From NCBI GenBank assembly GCA_963720545.1, contig OY970399.1, forward strand, positions 352,001 to 416,000: 64,000 bases of DNA, in the 5' to 3' direction. Origin of the DNA: an uncultured Acidobacteriota bacterium. GTDB taxonomy: Bacteria > Acidobacteriota > Vicinamibacteria > Fen-336. The notes under the pieces are model-generated. The model saw only the letters and a list, made by a program, of their open reading frames with translations. It had not been told where the DNA came from and ran no database searches. The position numbers and the translations under genes were made by a program. Shown here one piece after another: positions 31,505 through 42,146 of the stretch. Within the stretch, counting starts at the first letter, position 1. The number at the start of each line of letters is the position of its first letter.

Positions 31505-34344
31505 TTCGAGGCTCCAGCAATCGTTTGCGCGGGTTTCTTCTGGTACTTTTGCGGCCCATTCGGCCGCGCCGAGAACTCCGGGGCGGCTGTCCCGTGTTCA
31601 TGGATCGACTGGCGCTCGTTGTTGTCGTCGGGGTGCAGCTGGCGGTATGGCCCGGTGATGAACTGCGCCGACTCGTCGGCCTTGAAGCGCTCGTAAAGCT
31701 GCTTCTCGCGGGCCGCCTGCGCCTCGTCGCCCATTCCCTGGTAAGAGAGCATCAGGTTGTAGTGCGCCTGCAGGTCTTCGGGATCGACCTGCAGCACCTG
31801 CTTCAGCTCGGCGATGGCACGCGCGAACTCGCGCTTCAGGAACAGCACCCGGCCCAGCTGGTTGCGCACCACGCGGTCGCGCGGATACAGGGCGGCAGCC
31901 GCCTGCAGGTGGCCGAGGGCCTCGTCGTAGAGGCCCCTGCCCTTCAGCACCGAGCCGAGGAAGAAGTGGGTCTTGGCAAGCTTCGGGTCCACCTCGAGCG
32001 CCTTGCGCAGGACTTCCTCGGCGCCGTCGAGGTTGCCTTCCTGGAAGCGCGCCCGGCCGACGTTCACCCAGCCGTCGGCATAGCCGGGCTCCATCTGCGT
32101 CACGCGCAGGAACGCCGCCTCCGCCGCCTTCAGGTCGCCCTGCAGCAGCAGCCCGATGCCGTAGTCGTTCCAGCGCTCACGCACCGCCTTGTCCACATAG
32201 GCGGCGTCGGGCGGCAGCGGTGTGCCCGCGGCGACGACCCGCAGCTGCGCTTTGGCCTCGGCCATCACCGTGATCGGAATGTCCGGGATCGCCTTGATCT
32301 GGCCCGACACCTTGCTGGTGTCGGCGGTGAAGGTCCATTGGCCATCGTCGTGATCGGGCGTCACAGAGTACGGAGCCTGGCTCTTGTCCCGTTCCCCGGC
32401 GAACGCCCACTGCGTGTTCCACCACGCGAACTTGCGATAGTTCACCCTGGCCCGCAGCGCGATGGGTCCGGTCGCGTCCGCGGGAATCTTCAGCCGGTAG
32501 CGGATGGTGTCCGCGGCGCCGGGCGGAATGAGCCGCACGTAGGCGACCGAGCGCGTGCTCCAGGCGTTGCGCTTGTTGATCGGGTTGCCGTGCTCGTCGA
32601 GCTGCAGGCTGCGGTAGAAGTGCGCGCCCTTTTCCACCGGCCCCTTGCCGCCGTCCTCGACCGCGCCGCTATGGAAGATCTGGCGGCCGGCGCCGTCCGT
32701 CGCCTCGAGCTCCACCCACACGTCGAAGGCGTCGACCGTGCCGCCCGGGAAGAAGTGCCCCACCTTGCGGGTGCGCACCACCACGTCGACGCGCACGTCC
32801 TCGCCGGCGCGGACGCTCGGCTGCGCCTTGTCGATCGGCGCGATCACGGCGACCGGCGTCGTCAGCACCGCGCTCGACGCGCCGAACGCCGACGACTCCT
32901 CGCCCACCGCGAAGGTGCTGGCCAGCCGCCCGCCGTCGCCGGGCGCGCCCTGGGCCGCCGCGGCCTGCACTTCGCCGCCACGCGCCAGGCCGAAGATGTC
33001 GACGCTGATGGCGCCGTCGCGCAGGAAGTCCTGCGTGATCTTCAGCTGGTCGTGGTCCTTGTTGACGTACGGAATCGCGGTGTTGGCGCCGGGGAAGCGG
33101 TGCGAGTGCACCTTGCCGTCGCGCGAGCCCGGATCGCGCGAGGCGACCAGCGGCATGTGGCAGTCGGCGCATTTCTGCGACTTCGGCGGATAGTAGAAGG
33201 AGCGCGCACCCTGCCCGGAGATTCCCGACGCCTGCCAGTTGTCGTACTCGTTGAAGCCGCGGATCCAGCGGTAGCCGTTCACCGGCACGTCGAGGTGCAC
33301 CTTGTGGCACGACGAGCAGAAGTCGGCGGTCTGCTCGGTGTGGAACGGTTTCATGAAGGTACGGCGGTGCGGCTCGGGGTCGAGCTTCAGCAGGTAGTCG
33401 TGCGACCAGGCCAGCAGCTTGTTGTCGCTCACCGCGAGGTCGTGGAGCGGCGGATACTCGATGGTGAAGTCGCCCTGCCCCATGGTGCTGCCGACGTGGG
33501 TGATCGAGTGGCACGAGGTGCAGCCGAGGCCGTTCTGCGCTTCGGGCGTGTCGATCTGCTCCTTGATGGGCCGGTCGAAGCGCCCGTTGAAGAACACCGC
33601 GTGATCGTGGCAGCCGGCGCACCACTTCGACGGCTTGGTGCCGACGACGTCCTGCATGTACTCGATCGACTTGCGGTACCACTGGTTGTTGAAGGAGGAG
33701 AAGTGATGCACCGACGCCTGCCATTGGGCGTAGATGTCCTTGTGGCAGGCACCGCAGCGGGCGCTGGTCATGAAGAAGGTCGCCGGGATGATGCCGCCCA
33801 CGTTCGTCTGCGACGACGACGGGAAGAACGGCGTCGTCGGACCACCGCCCTCGCCCTCCATCGTCACCGGCGTCAGCTCGGGGTTGACGATGCGATGGGC
33901 GCCGCGAAACGCCTGCCGGTCGTAGACGCGCCCGCCGGCCCCCAGCGCAACCGCGGCCAGCGCAGCCACGCCGAACCAGCGCGGGACCGAAGCACCGTGC
34001 GCAGCCAGCCAGCGTGCGCCCACGACCACGGCGGCGGCGGCGCCGCTCAGCACGTGCACCTGCAACAGCCAGTAGAAGGGCCGCGCCGCGCCGAGGAACA
34101 GGATGGCGATTCCTGAGACAGCGGCTACGCTGAGGAGCGCAGCGATGACGCCGTCGGCGGCACCCGATGGGCGCAGCAACGCCTTGCGGATAGCGAGCAG
34201 CGCACCGGCCGCGAGCAGGACGCCCAGGGCCACATGGATGCCAAGCGTTGCGAAGTAAACGAGCGACGCGTCGGCCCGTGCGTAGAGCCATGCTGCGGTC
34301 AGGAGTAGCACGAGAAGGCCGCGTGCCAGGGTGCGCGAGTGCAT
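31501..34344 (-). CDS. Membrane-anchored pentaheme cytochrome c with C-terminal TPRs
   Basis: N-terminal TM helices; CGACH, CAGCH, CTSCH, CSSCH, CADCH; C-terminal TPR repeats. Confidence 0.85.
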   Translation of the reverse strand: MHSRTLARGLLVLLLTAAWLYARADASLVYFATLGIHVALGVLLAAGALLAIRKALLRPSGAADGVIAALLSVAAVSGIAILFLGAARPFYWLLQVHVLSGAAAAVVVGARWLAAHGASVPRWFGVAALAAVALGAGGRVYDRQAFRGAHRIVNPELTPVTMEGEGGGPTTPFFPSSSQTNVGGIIPATFFMTSARCGACHKDIYAQWQASVHHFSSFNNQWYRKSIEYMQDVVGTKPSKWCAGCHDHAVFFNGRFDRPIKEQIDTPEAQNGLGCTSCHSITHVGSTMGQGDFTIEYPPLHDLAVSDNKLLAWSHDYLLKLDPEPHRRTFMKPFHTEQTADFCSSCHKVHLDVPVNGYRWIRGFNEYDNWQASGISGQGARSFYYPPKSQKCADCHMPLVASRDPGSRDGKVHSHRFPGANTAIPYVNKDHDQLKITQDFLRDGAISVDIFGLARGGEVQAAAAQGAPGDGGRLASTFAVGEESSAFGASSAVLTTPVAVIAPIDKAQPSVRAGEDVRVDVVVRTRKVGHFFPGGTVDAFDVWVELEATDGAGRQIFHSGAVEDGGKGPVEKGAHFYRSLQLDEHGNPINKRNAWSTRSVAYVRLIPPGAADTIRYRLKIPADATGPIALRARVNYRKFAWWNTQWAFAGERDKSQAPYSVTPDHDDGQWTFTADTSKVSGQIKAIPDIPITVMAEAKAQLRVVAAGTPLPPDAAYVDKAVRERWNDYGIGLLLQGDLKAAEAAFLRVTQMEPGYADGWVNVGRARFQEGNLDGAEEVLRKALEVDPKLAKTHFFLGSVLKGRGLYDEALGHLQAAAALYPRDRVVRNQLGRVLFLKREFARAIAELKQVLQVDPEDLQAHYNLMLSYQGMGDEAQAAREKQLYERFKADESAQFITGPYRQLHPDDNNERQSIHEHGTAAPEFSARPNGPQKYQKKPAQTIAGASK

Positions 34345-34392
34345 TGGCTCGGATCTTAGTAGAACGATTCAGCCTAGACTAACGCCGCAACC

Positions 34393-35898
34393 ATGCCATC
34401 GCCGATCGCTGCCGCGCGGCTCGCGCCACTGCGCGCCTATATAAAGGATGGCTGGACGACACTGACCCGCTCGCTTCCCGACCTGCCGCGGGCCGCCGAC
34501 GATCCCAAGCTGAAGCTGCCGCTCGGAGCGCCCCGGCCCGTGTACGTGTCCGCAAAGGAATCGCTGCCGCGGGTCGAGGCCGAGCTTGCCGAGCACCTGA
34601 ACGAGGCGCAGCGCGCCGGGCTGCAGCTGCGCACCCTGCCGGAGGACACCGCCGCCATCGAAAACCATGGCCTCCTCTACCTGCCGCATCCGTATGTCGT
34701 CCCCGGTGGACGTTTCAACGAGATGTACGGCTGGGACAGCTACTTCATCGCCGTCGGCCTGCTGCACGACGAGGAAACCAACAAGGCCAGGGACATCGTC
34801 GACAACTTTCTCTACGAGATCGAGCACTACGGCACGCTGCTGAACGCGAACCGCACCTACTACCTCACGCGTTCGCACCCGCCGTTCCTGGCGCGCATGG
34901 TGCGCGACGTGTACGCGCGCAGCGGCGACCGCGAGTGGCTGGCCACGGCGATGCGCGGCATCGCGGCCCACCACCGCTTCTGGACCAGTGGGCCGCACCT
35001 CGACCCGGTGACGCGCCTGTCGCGCTACTGGGACTTCGACGACCGACCGGGCGCCGAGGTGCTGGGCGACGAGAACGACGCGCAGGGCCACAGCCACTAC
35101 GACCGCATGCGCGACCTGCTGCGCACCGGCAACATCGACGACTATGACGTGTCGGCCTTCTACGATCGCGACCGCAACGAGCTGACGCCGCTCTTCTACC
35201 GCGGCGACCGCAGCATGCGCGAGTCGGGCTTCGACCCGTCGCGGCGCTTCGGCCCAGGCAGCGTGGACATCGTGCACTACGCGCCCGTGTGCCTGAACTC
35301 GCTGCTGCACATGATGGAGACGGACGCGGCCGCGATCGAACACGCGCTTGGCAACGATGATGCCGCGAAAGGCTGGCTGGCGCTCGCCGCCGCCCGCGGC
35401 CAGGCCATCGAGGACCGGCTGTGGGACGAGGATGCGGGCCTCTACTTCGACTACAACGTAGTCACCGGCGAGCGCCGATTGTACGAGTTCGCCACCACCT
35501 TCTACCCGCTCTGGGTGGGCGCCGCATCCGCCGCGCAAGCGGCCCGCGTCGCCGGCAACCTGTGGCGCTTCGAGGCCCCCGGTGGCCTCCTCACGAGCCC
35601 CTACCGCACCGGCAACCAGTGGGACAGCCCGTTCGGCTGGGCCCCGCTACAGATGATCGCCGTCGCCGGCCTGCGCCGCTACGGCTACAACGAAGCAGCC
35701 GACCGCCTCGCCCGCGCCTTCGTCACGCTGGTGCTCGATGAGTTCGAGCGCACCGGCACCATCGTCGAGAAGTACGACGTCATCCGCCGCACCGCCGACA
35801 CCGAGAACGAGATCCGCTTCGGGTACAGCGAGAACGTCATCGGCTTCGGCTGGACCAACGCGGCGGTCCTCGACCTACTGGCAGGCCTCACCCAATAA
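34393..35898 (+). CDS. Alpha,alpha-trehalase (GH37), no evident signal peptide
   Basis: PYVVPGGRFNEMYGWDSYF, NANRTYYLTRSHPP, RESGFD, QWDSPFGWAPLQ, EKYD, GFGWTN. Confidence 0.93.
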   Translation: MPSPIAAARLAPLRAYIKDGWTTLTRSLPDLPRAADDPKLKLPLGAPRPVYVSAKESLPRVEAELAEHLNEAQRAGLQLRTLPEDTAAIENHGLLYLPHPYVVPGGRFNEMYGWDSYFIAVGLLHDEETNKARDIVDNFLYEIEHYGTLLNANRTYYLTRSHPPFLARMVRDVYARSGDREWLATAMRGIAAHHRFWTSGPHLDPVTRLSRYWDFDDRPGAEVLGDENDAQGHSHYDRMRDLLRTGNIDDYDVSAFYDRDRNELTPLFYRGDRSMRESGFDPSRRFGPGSVDIVHYAPVCLNSLLHMMETDAAAIEHALGNDDAAKGWLALAAARGQAIEDRLWDEDAGLYFDYNVVTGERRLYEFATTFYPLWVGAASAAQAARVAGNLWRFEAPGGLLTSPYRTGNQWDSPFGWAPLQMIAVAGLRRYGYNEAADRLARAFVTLVLDEFERTGTIVEKYDVIRRTADTENEIRFGYSENVIGFGWTNAAVLDLLAGLTQ

Positions 35899-35926
35899 AA
35901 AAGGCGGCGCCGGTGGCGCCGCCTTT
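35897..35926. terminator. Intrinsic terminator between the convergent trehalase and TBDR genes
   Basis: AAAAAAGGCGGCGCC-GGT-GGCGCCGCCTTT; U6 tail on the minus strand, U3 on the plus strand. Confidence 0.85.
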
Positions 35927-35960
35927 CAGGAAGGCCGCTTTACGGCCTGCCGAGGAGCCG

Positions 35961-38900
35961 CTAGAACTCGAGGCGCAGCGCGAACTGCAGCGCGCGCGGC
36001 AGCCAGTTGGGCGCCGTGCTGGTGATGAAGCCGGCGTTCGAGTGGCACGTTCCCGGGGATGCCGATAGTTGGAGTTCGGGGTTCGCCAGGTTGACGTGGT
36101 TGAACACGTTCTGCGCCTCGACACGGAACTCCAGGTTGCGGCGGTCGCCCACAGAGAAGCGCTTGAAGAGCGACGCGTCCACGTTCCACGAGCCCGGGGC
36201 CCGCGGAACTCGTTGCGCGGCAGGTCACCGAAAGTACCTGCCGCCGGCCGGCCAAAGGCGCTGCCCGAAGCTGCCGATCGGCGTCACGTTGAAGTAGGGG
36301 CGAGGTGATGCCGTCGCCGCTGCCGATTCTGACGTCGCCGATCAGGTTCGGACGGTTGGTTTGCGCCGGTGTCACGGTCGGCGCCGGCTCCAGCGTAGTC
36401 GATGTTGAAAGGCAGCCCGCTCTGGACGGTGGCATTCGCGTTCACCTGCCAGCCGCCCAGGAGCGCCTGCTTCAGGCCCGAGGCGTCGGTCATGAACTTG
36501 CGACCCTTGCCGAACGGCAGCTCGGCGAGGCCGGACAGCACGAACACGTGCGTGCGGATGAAGTCGGCCGGGCCGTAGTTGAGGCTCGGGGTCGATGAAG
36601 AAGTAGTCGGGCGAGTTGTTCTTGTGCTTCTGGTAGGTGTAGTGCGCGAGCAGCTGGTAGCCGTTCGAGAAGCGCTTGGTGAGCTTGCTCTGGAACGAGT
36701 TGTAGCGGCTCTTGCCGGTGTTCGAGAAGTAGTCGATGCCCTGCGTCCATCCGTAGGCGCCCGACAGGCCGTCGATCGTTTGCACGTTGCCGTTGAAGAA
36801 CGGTCGGCGCTCATCGGTCGAGAGCGTGCCGAAGCCGACGATCGTCGGTCTGGTTGGTGTTGGTCGCCGGGTTGTCGCCGAAGAAGCCGTTGCCGCGGTT
36901 GCCGACGTAGGCGACTTCGAGCGAGACCGAGTCGGACAGCTGGCGCTGCACCGTCAGGTTGTAGGCGTCCACGTGCGACAGGTTCTGGGTCGACGGCAGC
37001 AAGCGCGCCGAGACGCCGGTCGGTAGCGGGAACGTGCCATCGGCGCCCACGGCGGGCGACGGCGGCGCAGCCGGTCCCTGATTCAGAGTTGAACACGCTT
37101 GTCGAAGTTATTCGCCGGAGTGTTGTTCCTGCAAAGCGAGCACCGGCAGGTTCTGCGTGACCGCGTGGCCGAAGGTCGAGCCGAACACGCCGATGTCGTA
37201 GCTGCGGCCGTAGCCCAGGCGGACGACCGTTTTCTCGTCCAGCTGGTAGGTGATGCCCAGCCGCGGCGCCCAGTTGATCTTGTTCTTGACGTTGCCGGCG
37301 AGGTTCACGTCGCCGACGCCGCCCACCAGGATGCGGCCGGTGGCGATGTCGAGCCAGCCGCCGTTTCCTGCCTCGTTGACCGTCTGCGGGTTGATGATGT
37401 CGGTCCGCAGGCCGTAGGCGACGGTCAGCTTCGGCGTGGCGCGCCAGGTGTCCTGCGCGTAGAAGAACTCGCGCCACTGCCGCTCGCGGGCCTTGGTGCT
37501 GCTGCTGACGTAGCGGCTGAACTTGGTCACGTCGCCGAGCATGAAGCTGGCGATGCCGATGCCGCCGCCGTCGGGGCCGCGGGTGCGGTCAGCCTCGAAG
37601 TACAGCTGGCCGGAACGGTGGGCGTCCGAGGGCACGCGCAGGTTGTAGGGCGCGGCGGATGTCGAAGCCGAACTTGGCGGTGTGGTTGCCGAAGATCTTG
37701 GTGAGGTTGGAGACGAACTGGAACTGCTTCTCGTGCTCGGCGAGCGGACAGTTGCAGCGGCCGGCGTCGAGGCCCGAGCCGAAGCGGATCTGGTTGGTGC
37801 CGCCATTGAACTCGAAGAACGGCAGGCCCGACGCGAAGGTGTCGTCGAGGTTGAGGCCAGGGATGCCGGCGTCGGCCGCGGGCGTCGTGCCGAAGTCGTT
37901 CGGCAGCACGTCGACACCGTACTTGTAGAAGCCGAGACGGACGTCCATGACCGTCGTCGAGTTGAAGGTGTAGTCGGCGCCGATGCGCGACGACTGTGGT
38001 TGCGCACCTTCGACTGGCCGCCGAGGCTGACGAGCTCGGAGCCGCCGCCGGCGCCGAACGCCTGCGGGCCGGTGAGGTCGTAGCGCTGGTAGCTGTAGCG
38101 CGCGAACAGGTTGAGGTTCTCGCTCAGTCGGCCGTCAAGCCGGAGGTTGGCCGCGTCGTTGTCGAACGCTTCGCTGCCCTGGGCGATGTAGTTGTCGCGG
38201 ATGCCGGGTGCGTTCGGCAGCGGCAGCAGGTTGAGGATGGCGAGCGCCTGCGGCGAGAGGCGGTTCGTCGGGATGACGTTGCCGGCGAACTGCTGGCGGT
38301 TGTTGGGATCGCCGCCGGCCGGGTCGTAGATGTTGACGCCGTATTCGCTGAAGTTGCCCTGGCGTGCGAGCGCCGTGGGAACGGTCAGGCGCTTGGCGCC
38401 GCCGATCGAGCTGCGCGTGCCCTGAGTAGTCGCCGAAGAAGAAGAACTTGTCGCGTTTGCAGCGGGCCGCCGAGCGACAGCGCCGAACTGGTCCTTCTTG
38501 GTCTCGGGCAGGACGCGGCCGGTCAGCGGGTTCTCGACGTCCGGCTGGCTGAACGGGTTACGGGCCTGGAACTTGTCGGTGCGGTGGAACTCGAAGGCGC
38601 TGCCGTACAGCTCGTTGCGGCCCGACTTCGTCTGCACGGCGACGACGCCGGCGATCGCCTGGCCGAACTCGGCCTCGTAGTTCTGCGAGGTGACCTTCGA
38701 CTCGCCGATCGACTCGAGCGTCGGGTTGATGACGATGATGCCGAGGATCGGGTCGCGGTTGTCGGTGCCGTCCAACTGGTAGCCGGTGCCGCTGAAGGTC
38801 TGGCCATTCACGACGGTCTGCGCCGAGCCCTGCGGGTTCTCGCTCGCGGCGTGGCCCCACGACTGCTGCTGGGTGCCCGGCGTGAGCAGCAGGAACTTGG

Positions 38901-39385
38901 TGAAGTTGCGGTCGAGGATGGGCAGCTCGGTGACCTGGCGCTGGTCGAAGGTGGTGGCGACGTCGGCGCGGTCGGTCTTCAGCAGCTGGCCTTCTCCGCC
39001 GACGACCGTGATGGTGTCGGTGGCGCCGGGCGCGAGCTTGAGGTCTACCTTCGTCTGCGTGTCGACGCTGACGCGGATGCCCTTGGCGAGCGCGGCGTTG
39101 AAGCCGGAAAGCTCGGCCTTCACTTCGTAGGTTCCCGGGAGGAGACGATCCTTGGTGTAGTTCCCCGATCCGTTCGTGACCACCGTGTCTGAAGTGTTGC
39201 GCTCGACGCTCGTCACCGTGACGTTCACGCCGGGCATCACCGCGCCGGTGCTGTCGACGACGTTGCCGGCGACGCTGCCGTAGACAGCCTGCGCGCGGGC
39301 AGATCGCGCCGGACATCAGCAGCAGCGACACGGCCCACGCTGCAACCACCCCGAGCCGGGCAGTGCGGGCAATCGAAACACTCAT
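35961..39385 (-). pseudogene. Oar-type TonB-dependent receptor with CarboxypepD_reg N-domain, broken by many frameshifts (pseudogene or assembly error)
   Basis: Signal peptide; YGSVAGNVVDSTGA, LPILDRNF, AEFG, YAQDTWR, NWAPRLG, AYVGNRG, FRVEAQNVFNHVN, PRALQFALRLEF spread over all three minus frames. Confidence 0.85.
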
Positions 39386-39413
39386 GGGTAACCTCTAACG
39401 TTTGAGTTAAGGC

Positions 39414-39482
39414 GTAACCGCTGTAAAAAACTGTTTCCTGTCCGAATTATTGGTCAATTGCTCGATCCTTGCAAGCGGTTTT
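39414..39482. promoter_or_regulatory. Two candidate LacI-family operators in the divergent TBDR/glycosidase promoter
   Basis: GTAACCGCTGTAAA (39414-39427) and TGCAAGCGGTTTT (39470-39482) share an inverted AGCGGTT core in an AT-rich gap. Confidence 0.4.
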
Positions 39483-39533
39483 GTCACTTTCCTGTGAAAA
39501 GTGCGAGGCTTGGCCCCGGAGGCACAAAAGTTA

Positions 39534-42139
39534 ATGACACCAGTGGGATGGGCCCTGGCGGCCATGCTGTCGGGTACCCCCGGCGATCTCGTCCGCACGG
39601 GGGACGTCCGGCAGGCGTCCTTTTTCGACGTCGTGGGCCGGCGCTCGGCGGCTGTGGGATACGAGGGACGTGGCTTCGAGGTCTGGGTGCCTCCCCTGCA
39701 GGTGGCAAGCGACGTGCGGCTGAGCTTCAAGCTGCGCGGCTACCCGCTCGACATCGACGGCGCCACCGCGGCCACCGGCGTCACGGTCCGCCCCGAATCG
39801 ACCACCTTTACGTATACCCACGCCGCGTTCACGGTGCGCCAGACCCTCTGGGCGCCCATCGACGAACCGGCGGTGGTGATGCGTCTCGAGGTGGAGAGCG
39901 TCCTGCCGCTGACCATCTACGGCTCGTTCCGGCCGCGCCTCAAGCTCATGTGGCCCGCGGGCCTGATGACGAACAACGTCGAGTGGAAGGACGACGCGCA
40001 CGTCTACGTGCTGAGCGAAGAGGCGAAGCAGTACGCCGCCGTCCTCGGCGGCCCGCTCGTCCGGGACCTCTCGGTGATGCCCTACCAGGAGGAGCCGCGC
40101 GACGTGCCGGTGCGCTTCGAGATCGAGCCGCCCGAGGGCGCAACCTCCTACTCCACCTGGGTGCTGTTCAGCGCCGCGGTGGGCACAGCCAAGGAAGCGC
40201 AGGCGGCCCACAACCGCATCGCCGCTGCGCTCCCCGAGTCTTACAAGAAGACCGTCGAGCACTTCCAGGCGCTCACCGGCGGGCGCGTCTGCGGTCGAAA
40301 CGCCCGATGCGCGCATCGACGAGGCGTTCGCGTGGGCCAAGGTCGGCCTCGACAAGGGCATCATGACGAACCCGACGCTCGGAACTGGTCTCGTCGCCGG
40401 GTTCCGAACCGCGGGCGACAGCGAGCGGCCGGGCTTCGCGTGGTTCTTCGGACGCGATGCGCTGTGGAGCAGCTTCGCGCTGTCTTCGACCGGCGACTTC
40501 GCGAACGTCCGCACGGCGCTCGACTTTCTCGCGAAGTACCAGAGGAAGGACGGCAAGATCCCGCACGAGATTTCGCAGTCGGCGGCGCTCATTCCCTGGT
40601 TCAGCGGCTATAAGTACCCGTGGAACGCCACCGATGCGACGCCGCTCTTCGTGATCGCACACGCCGACCTCTATCGCGCCACCGGCGACGCGGCCTACCT
40701 GAAGGAATCGTGGGACGGGATCGCGCGGGCCTGGCGCTACGCGGCCGCGAGCGACCTCGACCACAACGGCCTCATCGACAACTCGAAATCGGGCCACGGC
40801 TGGGTCGAGGGCGGTGCTCTCTATCCGCCGCACGAAGAGTTCTACCTGCAAGGCCTCTGGATCGAGGCGTGCAGCGCGATGGCAGAGCTGGCCGCTGTAG
40901 CGGGCGACGCGCCGGCCGCGAAGCTCGCGAAGGACGCCGGCGCGCGTGCCGCGGCGGCGGCCGAAAAAATTTACTGGCTGCCCGAGCGCGGCTTCTACGC
41001 GTTTGCCACCATGCAGCCGCCCGAGGAGCCGCGCAAGGCCGACCCCGGGCCGAACCGGGAACGCATCGCGAAGCGCATGGCGCAGCTCGACAAGGCGGCG
41101 ATCGTCGATGAAGACACCGTGCTGCCGGCGGTGCCGCTGTGGTTCGGACGTGCGCAGGACGAACGCGCGCAGTCGCAGGTCGACCACCTCGGCGCCGCGG
41201 CAATGGCCGCCGACTGGGGCCAGCGCATCATCGCGAACGACAGCGAACTCTATGACCCGATTTCATACCATTACGGCTCGGTGTGGCCGCTCTTCACCGG
41301 CTGGACTGCGATGGGCGCCTACCGCTACGGCCGCCCGCACGTTGCCTTCCAGTCGTTGATGGCGAACGTGCTGCTCGACGCGCCTGGCGCGCGCGGCTCG
41401 GTGACCGAACTGCTCTCGGGCGACTTCATGTATCCCTTCGGCCGCTCGTCGCCGCACCAGGTCTGGTCGGAGGCCATGGTGCTGACGCCGATCGTGCGCG
41501 GCTTGTTCGGCCTCGAGCTTTCGCAAGGCGGCAAGGCGCTGCGCATCGCGCCGCAGTTGCCGGCAACGTGGGAGCACGCGGCGGTACGCCGGATTCCGGC
41601 GGCGGGCGGCGCCGTCGACCTGGTGTTCGAGCGCGCGCCCGGCAGGTTCACGGTCGCTGCGTCACGCTCGGGCGCCGCTCCGTTACGCCTGCTCCTCTCC
41701 CCCGCCTTCCCGCAGGATGCGCGGGTCGCGCGCGTCACGGCCGCCGGCAAGGAGCTGCCGTTCACGCTCGAGCGTCGCGGCGACCGCCAGTTCGTGAAAG
41801 CCGAAGTGGACGGCCTGGACGACGCCGGCGATGGACGTCGTCTTCGAGGTGGACGGCGGCAGCGACGTCGCCACCGCGTTCGCGGACCTGCGCAGCGGCG
41901 AACGCAGCAGCGGCATTCGCATCCTGCGCTCGAGCGCGAGCCCTGATCGGCTGGCTCTGCTCGTCGAAGGACGCGCCGGCCAGACCTACGATCTCGCGCT
42001 GCGCACTGCGAAGCAGCCGGTTGCAGCCGACCGCACCGCGCTGGCGCCGGACGGGCCCGGGACCTACCGGCTGACCGTGTCGTTCACCGGCAGCGGCGCC
42101 GGGTACGTGCGCCGCGACCTCGTCATCCAGCTGCGCTGA
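39534..42139 (+). CDS. Amylo-alpha-1,6-glucosidase / glycogen-debranching-like (alpha/alpha)6 glycoside hydrolase; frameshifts near 40285 and 41830
   Basis: WFFGRD, GKIPHE, DATPLF, YHYGSVWP, SSPHQVWS; ORFs 39501..40613, 40363..41946 and 41831..42139 join into one protein. Confidence 0.8.
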
Positions 42140-42146
42140 CGCGCGG

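Noticed and set aside
28235..31696. Very long antisense or alternate-frame ORFs (e.g. 28235..31696, 978..3494, 42696..45245, upstream part of 57985..62280)
   Set aside because: Shadow ORFs expected from high-GC codon bias; they overlap well-supported genes and have no recognisable motifs.
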